Source: Chiloscyllium plagiosum
Lineage: Eukaryota
NCBI RefSeq assembly: GCF_004010195.1
Contig: NC_057719.1
Location: forward strand, 86,746,311-86,766,310
DNA length: 20,000 bases
Direction: 5' to 3'
Shown here: in pieces, positions 1-10,351 of the stretch
Layout of the letters: the number at the start of each line of letters is the position of its first letter
How positions within the stretch are numbered: the first letter of the stretch is position 1
Position numbers and translations under genes: made by a program
Notes under the pieces: model-generated
Seen by the model: only the letters and a program-made list of their open reading frames with translations
Database searches by the model: none
Told to the model about the DNA's origin: nothing

Positions 1-116
1 TTATACCATTGCAATCTAGATCATCTACCATTGTCTGAATCTGTATTCGTTGAATTAGGAATTTAGCAACCATCCCTCAGAAGCCAGAATCTTGAAAATA
101 ATGTATCCCCACATAC

Positions 117-197
117 CTGTTTGGCCAACTGAGTTAGTTTCTTTGCATCTCTCTTTTCCTCTTCTAATCTCTGAATTTCTTCAAGGATTTCACGTTG
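117..197 (-). CDS. EIF2AK4: EIF2AK4/GCN2 coding exon 5 (QREILEEIQRLEEEKRDAKKLTQLAKQ)
   Basis: T-rich acceptor ...ttttag|CAA and donor CAG|gtatgt; 81 nt, phase 0-0. Resembles GCN2 QREILHEIQRRKEEIKEEKKRKEMAKQ. The gene continues beyond the left edge of the window. Confidence 0.94.
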
Positions 198-274
198 CTA
201 AAAAAATAAGTTGAACAACATTATTACTTTTGTCTTAATTTTTTTTTTAAAAATCACACGAGTGAACTGGATGG

Positions 275-385
275 TTAAAAATATGAACACAACATCCAGG
301 TCAGGCAGTATCTGTGAAAATGGAAGCAGAGTTAACATTTCAAGTGACCTTTTAACAAAACTGAAAAATATTGTTTTAAAGCTGT
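275..385 (-). mobile_element. Decayed Penelope-like element terminus
   Basis: caggtcaggcagtatctgtg...cagagttaacatttcaagtgacc resembles the arm at 10352-10407 and recalled shark Penelope termini; only a GAAA-TG-TTAAC relic of the hammerhead remains on the minus strand. Confidence 0.5.
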
Positions 386-389
386 TACA

Positions 390-1192
390 TCTCTAGATAA
401 AGCTTGGAATACAAAAGGAAGTTGCAGTGAATCTTCATAAATTGGTGATTACATCTTAGCTAAGTACTTCGGTCAATCTGTGGTGCCACACTTTTCAAAC
501 TATATCAAGATAGTGTGCAGAATGATTTACGAGAATGCAGGATGTAAAGTCTCAGTTATCTGCCGGACTGGAGAAGCTGGGATTGTCTTACTACAATAGC
601 AAAACTTAGGAGGAGAATCAATATAGGTGTTCAAAAATCAAGAAGTATTTTTATGGAGCTAACACAGGTAGTTCTCCTATAATGCGATGTTTGCATTCTT
701 GAGCAACCCTGCATTTTAGAAAAATCATGCTTTAGAAACAGCGCTTAAAGTATTGGCAATGTAATCGCATTACAGTCAACACACTTTTTAAAAGTTCGCG
801 CTTTAGAGACAATGTCCCCAATTTGTCAAACACGTTTCAGTGAATTCCTGTTAACAAAACGTGCATTACAGCAGAACAACCTGTAAATATAAAGAATTTC
901 TACTTACGAATTCAAAACCAGGAAACAGAAGTTTATAATGTTTGCCAAAAAAAGCCACAGGGAAGGCATGAGAGTTATGAGAAGATCCCTTCCCTTAGTT
1001 AGGAAGGTATGATAAATTTAAAAGTTGGTGAAAGCAGGTTCAGCAGTAACTTTCAAAAGGAAATTGCATTTCTGCTTAAAAAGGAAATCACTTCAGAATA
1101 AATATCTAGGAAGTGGCACAAATCAATAGCTCTTTCAGAAAGCCGGCACAGAAATGACAGATTAAATAGCATTTCTGTATGCTATACAATTT
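390..1192 (+). mobile_element. Old CR1-clade LINE 3' fragment, interrupted by a MITE
   Basis: Degraded ORF2 C-terminus (gactggagaagctgggattgtc = LEKLGL; taactttcaaaaggaaattg = TFKRKL) and 3' UTR agctctttcagaaagccggcacag. Confidence 0.7.
665..883. mobile_element. MITE, Tc1/mariner (pogo/Tigger-like) non-autonomous DNA transposon, 219 bp
   Basis: Terminal inverted repeats CAGGTAGTTCTCCTATAATGC vs reverse complement CAGGTTGTTCTGCTGTAATGC (18/21). TA on the right (884-885) and CA on the left (663-664, probably a mutated TA). No coding capacity. Confidence 0.8.
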
Positions 1193-1852
1193 CGTAGTTC
1201 CACTATACAAGACTAGCTGTCACAGATAATTCCCAGCGAATGAGTGTGGCCCTGAGGTCAAGGATTGGGAAGCTCATCAACGTTGTAACAGACTAAACTT
1301 TAGCAATACCACCCAAAACATCTGGGAACTTAAGTTTTCCAGACTTAAGGCGAATCTTTACAGGAGGAGATTATCAACTCATTAGACAAGCAAATGGAAG
1401 TATGGCATAGATTTTCAAAATTCATTTTAAGAACCATAGTTTCAGATATTCACTGATGAAAACAATAAAGGCGAGCCTAAATGTTTAAAACTGAAATCAG
1501 AAATTATATTGCGCAGATTTCTTTTTCAATTAGTGACTAAAACATTGGAAGAAATTATAGATCACAAATAACTTACTCCAGCCCATCAATCTCTATACAC
1601 AACACATTGCAATCACTTGAAAATGTACTGTGGTACTCACACTGACATTTCTTCTTATCAGTCGCCATTTTAAGGCTTGAATTTTAAAATAGTTTACAGG
1701 GGCTTAAATCAAAGCGAGTACTTTGTCATGACAACAAACTACACTCAGTTTGAGGCAACATTTTTGAACATTTTTTGGTGAGACAGACAGTATTCGACAC
1801 ATTCATTAAAAATGTCATTACCGCATAGATTCAAGACTTTAACGTTACTATA

Positions 1853-2245
1853 AGAGTCATAGAGTTGTACAGCATGAAAACAGACCCTTTGGTCCAGCTC
1901 ATCCATGCTGACCAGGTATCTTAAATTAATCTAGTCCCATTTGCCAGCATACAGCCCATATCCCTCTCAACCTTTTCTATTCATGTACCCATCCAGATGC
2001 CTTTTAAACGCTGGAATTGTACCTGCCTTCATCACTTCCTGTGACAGCTCATTCAATATGTGCATCACCTTCTGCATGAAAAAGTTTGCACTTTAGGTCC
2101 TATTTATATGTTTCCCCTCTCACATTACACCTATGCTCTCTAGTTTTGGACTCCCCAACCCTACCCTACCCTTGGAAAAATACCTTGGCTATTCACCCTA
2201 TCCATGCCCCTCATGATTTTATAAATGTAAGGTCACCCCTCAGCA
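1853..2245 (-). mobile_element. CR1/HER1-type LINE, 5'-truncated 3' end
   Basis: Starts gagtcatagagttgtacagcatg, the same tail as the copy at 17777, and is collinear with 17780-18165. Confidence 0.9.
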
Positions 2246-2299
2246 TTCTATTCTGAGATATTTTTACTAGCTAGTAAAACTGATAATGTTCCCTTAATG

Positions 2300-3310
2300 T
2301 TCTGAAATTTTTCTCATCAAATACAAAGGATTCAATGACAAATGGGTTAATGGCATAAGGTAAAGGAGAGCCACCATAGAACAGTAAAATGATCAAAAGA
2401 TAGATCTGCAAGAGCTGAAATTAACAAAACCAGAATCATTACTAGCAACTAACGTCCATAAACAACAAAAAGGGAGCAGTTACAATCTGAAATTACTCTG
2501 TTGAGTCTAGAAGACTGTAAAGTACCATAATCAAAAGATGTGAGCGCTGATCTTCAAACTTCTGCAGATTTTCATTCGGAAGCCAAGGACAAAGATCAGA
2601 CTAGGAATGGAGCAAAGAATGGAAATGACAAGCAGACAAAAGCTCATGTCATGCTTGTGAACTAAATGGAGCTGTTCCAAAGTGATCATCCAATCTGCAT
2701 TTGGTGTATCCAGTACAGACAGGCGCACGTTGTGAGCAACAAATAAGGTATAATACGATGAAGGAAGACAGTGGCATGGTAGCAATGTCACTGAATTAGT
2801 AATCGAAAGGCCCAGGCTAAACCTCTGAGGACATAGGTAGAAATATCATGACTGCAGCCAAAGGAATTTAAATTTAATCAATAAATCTGTTAGAAAAGAT
2901 AGTTTCAATCATGGTAGCTTTGAAACTACCATTTATAGTAAAAAGCCATCTGGTTCATTAACCTCTTCCAAGATACAATTCCAGATGCACAGTATTGTGG
3001 TTGACTCTGGACTGCCCTTGGTCCAGTAAACCAGTCTGTTCAAGGACAGTTAAGGATGGGCAAAAAGCACTGGCTTTGCCAAGGGCACTCACATCTCATC
3101 AAAGAATCATTTTAAAACAAGCATCAATAATTCATTGCTTCACCTGGCAATAACATCTGGGGCTCTGGACAGTGGGAAATAAGGCAATAAAAGGGGCAGG
3201 TGTTAGACGTCCTATGCATGCACAGAAAGTGCTGTGGGAGGGAAGGGGTTGTGGCAAAATGGTTCGGGTTGTGATAGAGGAAACAGTGTCTGGGTAATGC
3301 TGAAAAAAGT
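2300..3310 (-). mobile_element. Penelope-like element relic (GIY-YIG endonuclease region), split by a SINE
   Basis: Minus strand ~2753-2645 reads LYLICCSQRAPVCTGYTKCRLDDHF / EQLHLVHKHD, a decayed form of the PLE motif IxCxxCxxxYIGETxRRLxxRFxEH. The sequence resumes at ~3127 after the SINE. Left boundary approximate. Confidence 0.7.
2762..3117 (+). mobile_element. tRNA-derived SINE (diverged copy of the family at 10420-10764)
   Basis: Shares ccatctggttcattaa, tgtggttgactc, actgccc and the ggatgggcaa...ctggc tail with the copy at 10420-10764. Confidence 0.8.
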
Positions 3311-3498
3311 GGCTTCATTCAACATGCCGCTCAAGCAAAGGTTTAAATACTTGGATCACACCTTTTTTGGTCTGTTTCCCTGTCCAACAGCTATGTAGCT
3401 ATTTGGACATAAATTAAGGCTTTAAAATGTAGACCTGTTACCTGTAACAATAAGATCCTGTTGTTTCTCAACAGTAGGAGATGCAATTGAAAGTACAG

Positions 3499-3759
3499 TA
3501 CAAATGGTGTGAGTCAAGTGGAATGTCGACAGGCTATTATTCATCACTTGTTATTCAGCCTGTCGACACTCCACTCACACCACTTGTATGATCCTTTGAT
3601 CTCTCCGCCTATAAATTCTGTGCCTATGTGCTTACCTCCACTTCACCTGACGAAGGAGCAGCGTTCCAAAAGCTTGTGATTTCAAATAAGTCTGTTGGAT
3701 ATAATCTGGTGTTGTGCGACTTCTGACCTTGTCCACACTAGTCCAACACCTCCACATCA
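3499..3759 (+). mobile_element. Short Penelope-type terminal fragment with 5' fold-back and hammerhead ribozyme core
   Basis: Inverted repeat 3499-3535 / 3557-3588, then TCAC-CTGACGA-A-GGAGCagcGTTCC-AAAA-GC-TT-GTGA, then an AATAA-containing tail. Confidence 0.7.
3643..3679 (+). ncRNA. Minimal type I hammerhead ribozyme motif, probably inactivated (G12>A)
   Basis: Stem I TCAC/GTGA; core CTGACGA 3647-3653; stem II GGAGC/GTTCC; GAAA position reads AAAA (3668-3671); palindromic AAGCTT replaces stem III. Confidence 0.65.
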
Positions 3760-3828
3760 ATGCTGTTCCAGCCAGTGTACCACTTCCACCTTCAATAACC
3801 ACAAGATCTACAGAACGTCTGCCATTTG

Positions 3829-4232
3829 TATTTTTTTTCCCATTTGTTCACAAGATGTGGGCATCACTGGAAGCATCAGCATTTATTGCCCATCCTTAAT
3901 TACCTTCAAGAAAGCAGTGAATCACTGTACAGGCTGTTTATAAAACCACACTGTTAGAAATTTTGGTCTAGTGACAGTGAAGGAACAGAGATATATTTCC
4001 AAGTCAGAATGGTATGTGGCTTGGAGGTAAACAGGCAGGTGGTGGTTCTCCCAGGCACCTGCTGCCCTTGTCCTCCAGGATAGTAAGGTTTGCAGGCTTG
4101 AAAGAGCCTCAGTGAATTACTGCAGTGCATCTTATGGATTGTGCAAACATTATGTCCCAGTGGTGAAAGGAGTGTATATTTATGGTGTGGAAGGGTTGCC
4201 ACAAAGTCAGGGCTCTATCCTGAATGGTCAGG
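3829..4232 (-). mobile_element. LINE 3' fragment (CR1/L2 group) sharing its tail with the tRNA-SINE
   Basis: ORF 3954..4202 (VCTIHKMHCSNSLRL...) resembles a LINE ORF2 C-terminus. Minus-strand tail is ggatgggcaataaatgctg...cccacatc...gaacaaatgggaaaaaaa. Confidence 0.7.
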
Positions 4233-4254
4233 TGGATTAGAAACACAAAAGTAT

Positions 4255-4992
4255 TAAATGTAAATCAACCCGGAGAAGTGTGAGGTGATGTATTTGGGGA
4301 GGGAAAACAAGGCCAAGGTGTACACAATAAATGGGATAATTAAAGGTGCAAAGGAAGTGAGAGACTTCGAAGAGCAATATTCAGGTGGGAGGACAGGTCA
4401 AGAAGGTGGCGAAGTGGAGACATGGAATACTTTGCTTTATTAGTCAAGACACAAAATAGAAGTAGTGGGTCTCTTGTGGTGCAGTGATGGTGTCCCTACC
4501 TTTGACCCAGAAGACCCATGTTCAAGACCTGGGTATCTCTGAACAGATTGATGGCAAGAAAATGCATCTATAACTGCAGTAGAGCGGAGGAAAGAGGAGT
4601 TTTACAGGAATGTTTTTAGGACCAGAACATTGGAGCTATGAGGAAAGAGTGGATGGCTGAGGTTATTCTCTGGAACAGTAGGCTGAGGGGAGATTTGACT
4701 GAAGCATAGAAGGTGGTAAGTGGCACGAACAGACTGGATGGAAAGAATCAATTTTCCTTAGCACAGAGGTCAGTTACTAGGGGACATAGAACTAAAGTGA
4801 TTCTGGATTCAAGGCAAAAAAAAGGAAAAAAAGGTCACCCAAATGGGGGTAAAGTCAAGAACTCAAAGTGTCTGAATCTGAACCTCAAATTTCACAAAGT
4901 GCTGGAAAATGGGATGGGATGGGTGACTCATTTCTTGGCCTCAGACTTCTGTGCTGTAAGTTTATTTACATTTTCTAAACTTTCTAAATTCT
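4255..4992 (+). mobile_element. Old CR1-clade LINE fragment with a short tRNA-like SINE relic inside (~4466-4570)
   Basis: NPEKCEVMYLG (aacccggagaagtgtgaggtgatgtatttg) and RLRGDL (aggctgaggggagatttg) motifs. The insert has A-box-like tggtgcagtga and B-box-like gttcaagacc. Confidence 0.7.
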
Positions 4993-5040
4993 GAAAAGGA
5001 GGAATGGGGAGGGATATCAGGAAGCAGCAAGGGAAGGCGG

Positions 5041-5850
5041 TACAATGGGCTGAGGACTGGCCGTTGGAGTTTAATTTGGATAAATGCGTGGTATTGCATT
5101 TTGGTAAACAAACAAGAGCAGGACTTATATAATTAATGGTATGGCCCTGGGTAGTGTTGACACACAGAGAGACCTAGGAAGTTAAGGTACATAATTCTTT
5201 GAAATTTGCAACACAAGTAGACAGGGTGGTTAAGAAGGCGCTTAGCTCACTTGCCTTTACTGCTCGAACCTTTGAGTATAGGCGTTGAGATGTCATGTTG
5301 CTGATGAGGCCTCTTCTAGAGTACTATGTGCAGTTCTGGTCACCCTACTATAGGAAGGATATTATTAGATTGGAGAAGGTTCAGAGAAGATTTACCAGGT
5401 TGTTGCAGAAATGGAGGGTTTGAGTTATAAAAATAACCTGCATAGGCTAGGACTTGTTTCACTGGAGTGTAGGAGGTTAAGGGGTGATATTATAGAAGTT
5501 TATAAAGTCATGAGCGGCATAAATAAAGTGAATAGCAAAGGTCTTTTCCCTAAGGTGGGAGAGTTCAAAACTTGGGTGTTTATTAACGAGGTGAGAGGAG
5601 AAAGTTTTAAAAAAGACATGAGGGGCAATCTTTTTTTTACTCAGAGAATGGTTCATATGAACTGCCACAGGAAGTGGTGGATATAGGTACAGTTACAATA
5701 TTGAAAAGACATTTGGACAAGTACATGAATAGGAAAGGTTTAGAGGGATATGGGTCAAACACAGGCAGGTGGGACTAGTTGAGTTTGGAAACGTGGTCGG
5801 CACGGACTAGTTAGACCAAAGAGTCTGTTTCCATGCTGTATGACTCTATG
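5041..5850 (+). mobile_element. CR1/HER1-type LINE, 5'-truncated
   Basis: ORF 5411..5686 (LSY..LHRLGLVSLECRRLRGDIIEVYKVM) is a CR1 ORF2 C-terminus. Ends ccatgctgtatgactctatg, 120 nt from the exon 4 donor. Confidence 0.92.
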
Positions 5851-5970
5851 GTATCTCGGAACAGGTTGATTAAAAAAAGTACCTACAATAGAAGTAACGT
5901 ATAATGATTACAGTAATGGAAAATTACTACAAGCAGGAAAAGAAAACGCAAAGGATCATGCAACACATAC

Positions 5971-6144
5971 CATTTTTTCATCTTGCTTCTTCTTCTGTTC
6001 TATCCTGCGCTGTTCCTCCTGTGCAAGTCGCTGCTGTTGCTCCTGTTGGTTCTTCAGCATTTCCTCATAGAAGGATTTGGAGGGAGGAATGTTGTTTTCA
6101 CTGAGAAACGCCTGCACATGATCAGCCAAGACGAATATCATCAC
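5971..6144 (-). CDS. EIF2AK4: EIF2AK4/GCN2 coding exon 4 (VMIFVLADHVQAFLSENNIPPSKSFYEEMLKNQQEQQQRLAQEEQRRIEQKKKQDEKM)
   Basis: Acceptor ttggtag|GTG and donor ATG|gtatgt; 174 nt, phase 0-0. Resembles GCN2 VMIFELAYHVQSFLSEHNKPPPKSFHEEML. Corresponds to supplied ORF 5956..6144. Confidence 0.96.
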
Positions 6145-6267
6145 CTACCAAGTGAAACACCATTACACAGGGTTACAACTAACATTTCATCCCTCAGGAA
6201 GAGCAACTGTGAGACACGTCTATACAGTCATTAAGAAGAGTTATGTCCTACAGAGGCCAAATGTCTT

Positions 6268-7250
6268 CGAAACAGGAACAGGAGTAGGGCATTCAGACCA
6301 GAGGCTGTTCTGCCATTCAATAAGATTGTAACTGATCAGTGGCCGAACTCCATTTATAACAGCCTTTCATTCATATACTTTAATATCTTTGTTAAACAAA
6401 AATATATCTATCTTAGATTTAAAATTAACAACTGATCTAGCATCAACTGCTATTTGTGGAAGAGAGTTCCAAACCTCTACTGCGCTCTGTGAATATAAGT
6501 GTTTCCTAACATCTCTTCTGAATGCTCTGGCCCTAATTTTCAGACTATGCTCCCCAGTTTGAAAACCCCCAACCACTGGAAAATGTTTATCTTTATCTAC
6601 TCAGTCTGCCCCTGGTGGTATCGGGACAACTTTGATCAATAGCCCCTTAACTTTCTGAATTATAGAGAAAACATGCCTAATTTGTGTAATTTCTCTGCAT
6701 GCCACAACCTCAAAGCTCAGGTATCATTCCAGTTAACCTACGCTGTACTCCCTCCAAGACCAATATATCCTTCCTCAGCTGTGGTGCCCAAATCTGCTCA
6801 CAGCAGAATATAACCAGGGTTATGTATAACTGTAGTACAACTTCTGCATCCTTATACTCCAGTCCACTAGATATCAAAAAAATAGCATTCATTCACCATC
6901 TTGATTACTTTCTGCACTTGTCCATGGCATTTTAAAGATCTATGCACCTGAAACCCCAACTCTCTTTGGGCATCCACTATAGTGAACTTCATATCACTTA
7001 GAAAACACTCTGATCTATCTATTTTTTGGTCCAAAATGGAAAATATTACACTGGCTTACACTGAATTCCATCGAGCACAGTTTTACCCATTCAACTAGAC
7101 TATCAATATCCCTTTGTAACTTTACCCTATCATCTACACCGTCTACAATGCCACCTAAGTTTGTGCCATTAGCAAATTTGGTCATATGACTTTCAATTTC
7201 ATTATCTAAGTTATTAATAACGAATGTGAATAACTTAGGCCCTAACACCA
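6268..7250 (-). mobile_element. CR1-clade LINE 3' fragment (different subfamily)
   Basis: ORFs 7015..7248 (LGPKLFTFVINNLD...KFANGT, RT FADD region), 6710..6892 (LEGVQRRLTGMIPEL) and 6367..6576 (VWNSLPQ) are consecutive broken ORF2 pieces. Confidence 0.9.
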
Positions 7251-7799
7251 GTCCACCTATGCTTTGCTCAATCTCTGGATTGAGTTGAGGTAACCAATCT
7301 TGGGCAGGATTACAACTGAAGCTTTTGTCTTAACTCCACAAATTAAAGGAAGGAAACTGGTCGAGTTACTGGACTGCTTGCCTGTGACACCTGGCAGAAA
7401 AGCAAAAACGCACATTTTTTGGACAGAAAGGCACTCAGCTATGAGGTTATGTCCAATTAAATGGTCCACAGGGCATATAGTGAGCTTCTGCATAAAACAA
7501 ATTTCCATTTGAAAGCAACAGGTTCTTCAGTCCTTCCTGCTTTCAAACTTGTACCTCAGCACCAGTCAACACTTTGCAAGGAGTTAAGTGATGAAAGAAA
7601 AAATTATTCCAACTTCCCTCTGTTTAACGTTGCCTGTGATTATTATTTTACCTGAAGACATAAAGCACTTAGTTACACATTAGGAATTACAAGATTGGGA
7701 AGAAGAACAAGTTTGAATTTATCAGATACAACCTAGGGGCTGACTATTTGCCACGATTGTAGGAATTAAATAAGTTTCTATAGAAAAAGGATTACTACG

Positions 7800-7972
7800 T
7801 CCTACTATCTAGTTATCTGGATGGCTGATTTGATGTGAACAGCACAAGTTTCATTCTTGCACTGTCTGAGGTTACCATGAAGGTCCTGTCATCTGAACCT
7901 CACCTGAGGTTAAATTCACTACCTGTTGTCTCTCCATTTCTCTATTGACTATGACAACTACACCTTTTTTTC
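7800..7972 (+). mobile_element. Short decayed SINE-like repeat
   Basis: ctgaggttaccatgaagg...cctgaggttaaa...gactatgacaact resembles a short shark SINE from memory; the pol III boxes are degenerate. Confidence 0.4.
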
Positions 7973-8132
7973 ACTAGCTGCAGGTATGAACCTCAACCAT
8001 CCTAAGGATCCACATTAGCAGAAATGACAGTGAGACACTAAGGGATTAATTTGGTCTGCTGACCTTCAAGAAATTTAAAGTCCCAGGGATAGGGTGGTAC
8101 GTTTTTCTGTCTTGCAGGTTGAATGTAAAAAA

Positions 8133-8231
8133 AATTTACATTGCCATCGCCTACTATTCAAAATCAATTTACATTGTCATCACCTGCTATTCAGAGTAAA
8201 TTTACACTGCCATCTCCTGCTTTTCAGAATC
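8133..8231. repeat. 33-bp minisatellite, 3 diverged units
   Basis: aatttacattgccatcgcctactattcaaaatc / aatttacattgtcatcacctgctattcagagta / aatttacactgccatctcctgcttttcagaatc. Confidence 0.9.
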
Positions 8232-9440
8232 AATAAGAGTATTGCAGTTAAAATTCTGACCACACCCTGCAGTTAAAAGAACGATTTACACCAGATCTCC
8301 TCATTAAGTTCTGATCTATATCATATGGTTTCTGGAAATAATCAAATCACATCATGGTGTCTTGAGTGGCATGTGACTATGGGGGAGCGGCTGGGGGTTG
8401 TCTTGTGGGCATTACTGGCTCGGATGTAAAATTCTGTATTAAAGGGAGGACTGATCCCATTGTTCAGAGATCTCTTGACACACTTCACAAGCACTGCAGA
8501 GAGTGTTAAGGGTTCCTCCAAAAGCTTGGACTTGCTTAATATATTTTGGCTGTTCACAGAAGTTGCCATGTTGCAGTTGCATCAAGTGTGTAAGAATCTC
8601 AAGAAAGAGAACCTAACAACTGGACAGGAGCTCTGTACAGCCTAAGGCCTGTATCAGAATTTGGAATAGACTAGATCCAAACTCTTATCGATAGGATAAG
8701 AGAAAGACCTAGGATGGAAGATTTCTGTTTATTGCACAAGAATGAAATGTAAGCATACATAATCACAGGGGTATAAATATCGAAGGTTTTCTGTATGTAT
8801 CAGACAGAGTTCTGCTTAGACAGCCTAAGTCTGAAATTATTTGAATAAGTTAACCCTACATACCTATTGCCTCCTGTGGTTGGTGTAGGGAGATTAACCA
8901 CATACCATCTTCACCTTCCAATGTCAAAAGGGAAAGGAGTCACTATACCTGGGAGTTCCACAAAATAAGCAAAGCACGATCCAATAATTGTAAAGTATTT
9001 TAAATTTCCCTTGATTAACTGAGTTAACCATGTAAAACAAACCTCCACACAAATATTGAGTACTTTTTCCAAGGAAAGCATGGAAAGTCAAAATGCCCTA
9101 AGATCTGCCACATACTGCAGTACTGGGAAACATTTACAATCATCATCACCAATTATGTTAGCCCTCTTGAAAAATGGATCTATGCATGTTGGGCTAGTAC
9201 AAAAGAAGATTTAGCTATGTAATGCAACTGTAGATTATAGATTAACAGGACATTACCTTTCTTTATTTACTGAAGCAAAGCCTTTAAGCACTTATATAGG
9301 ACAAATATGATACAACACTTGTGATTCTTAAGACAGTAGGGCACCAAGTGCATAATATAAAAAGCAAACATTACGCTGTGATATTGGGCTCAGATTACAT
9401 TAAACTCTTGACTCTTACACACAGACTCTCATTTCCATAC

Positions 9441-9543
9441 CTCTCCACAATGATCTTTAGCGAGCTTCACCAGCTCTGCATGCAACCGGTTGCGCTTCTC
9501 ATTAGACAGGCCTTTTGTTCTCTTTAGCTCAATTTCTGGAGGT
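9441..9543 (-). CDS. EIF2AK4: EIF2AK4/GCN2 coding exon 3 (PPEIELKRTKGLSNEKRNRLHAELVKLAKDHCGE)
   Basis: Acceptor gttcccacag|A and donor GAG|gtatgg; 103 nt. GT+A completes a Val codon, forming the RWD YPxxxP motif (YPDVPP) across the exon 2/3 junction. Resembles GCN2 PEIELKNAKGLSNE...LAKKHCGE. Confidence 0.95.
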
Positions 9544-10351
9544 CTGTGGGAACGACAGTGAAGTAGCATAAATACAAGATCAGTCAGGATATTGTGCATA
9601 AAGCTTCAGCCAACAATGATGCATTTCATCAACCCAGTGCAAAGCACACGTCAAAATCTCACTATCACTGAGCTTGCGAATTAAGAGTACTTTTCTTACC
9701 AGTTTTATCTCTTCCCCTTGACTGAAGACTTTATTGATTACTGGAGTTTATCCAATGAGGAAGTACTCAACACTTGCTGTTACAGTGCTGAGGCAGTTAA
9801 ATTTTATACTTAAGCCATCAGATGCTGAGAGCAGACCACTCAGTCGTGAGCACTGCATTTGATCCAAACCATTCACGCTTAGACGTGCGAACACACTAAA
9901 CCTCAGGATGAGAGCCCAATAAAATTTTGCTTTCAACTCCAGCTTTACATCAGCCTGAGAACAGAACTTGAGGCTGAAGGAATTGTAAGTTGAGGGTTAA
10001 GAGTTTATAATAACCACATCATCTTAGTTTTCTGTACTTTTGACTGCGCACTGAAATGAGAAAGGAACTATTTTAAAAACCAAGGATTGTTGAAGGATTC
10101 CTGCGCCAATTAAAAGGAAGCAACCTGAAATTTATTATAAGTATTGTTTACACAGTTGCTTGTTCAACCAGTAGTAGAAGCCTAGTTTCAGATGGGCTGG
10201 AGCCAAGAGGTGTATTTCAATGGAGCTTTGGCTGGCAACAAGTTCCTGATTTATCTATGAACTCGAAACCAATTATCGATGACAAAAGCTTTCTGCCTGC
10301 CAACAGTTATGTAATTGGCTCCCAGGTAGTAAAGCAACTTGGGGGAGTGAA

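Noticed and set aside
8133..8231. 33-bp repeats as a CRISPR array
   Set aside because: Units are adjacent with no spacers, in a vertebrate intron with no cas genes.
9579..9632. Possible intronic C/D snoRNA on the minus strand (TGATGA...CTGA...CTGA)
   Set aside because: Only about 50 nt, no clear terminal stem, and within about 40 nt of the exon 3 acceptor; such short motifs occur by chance.
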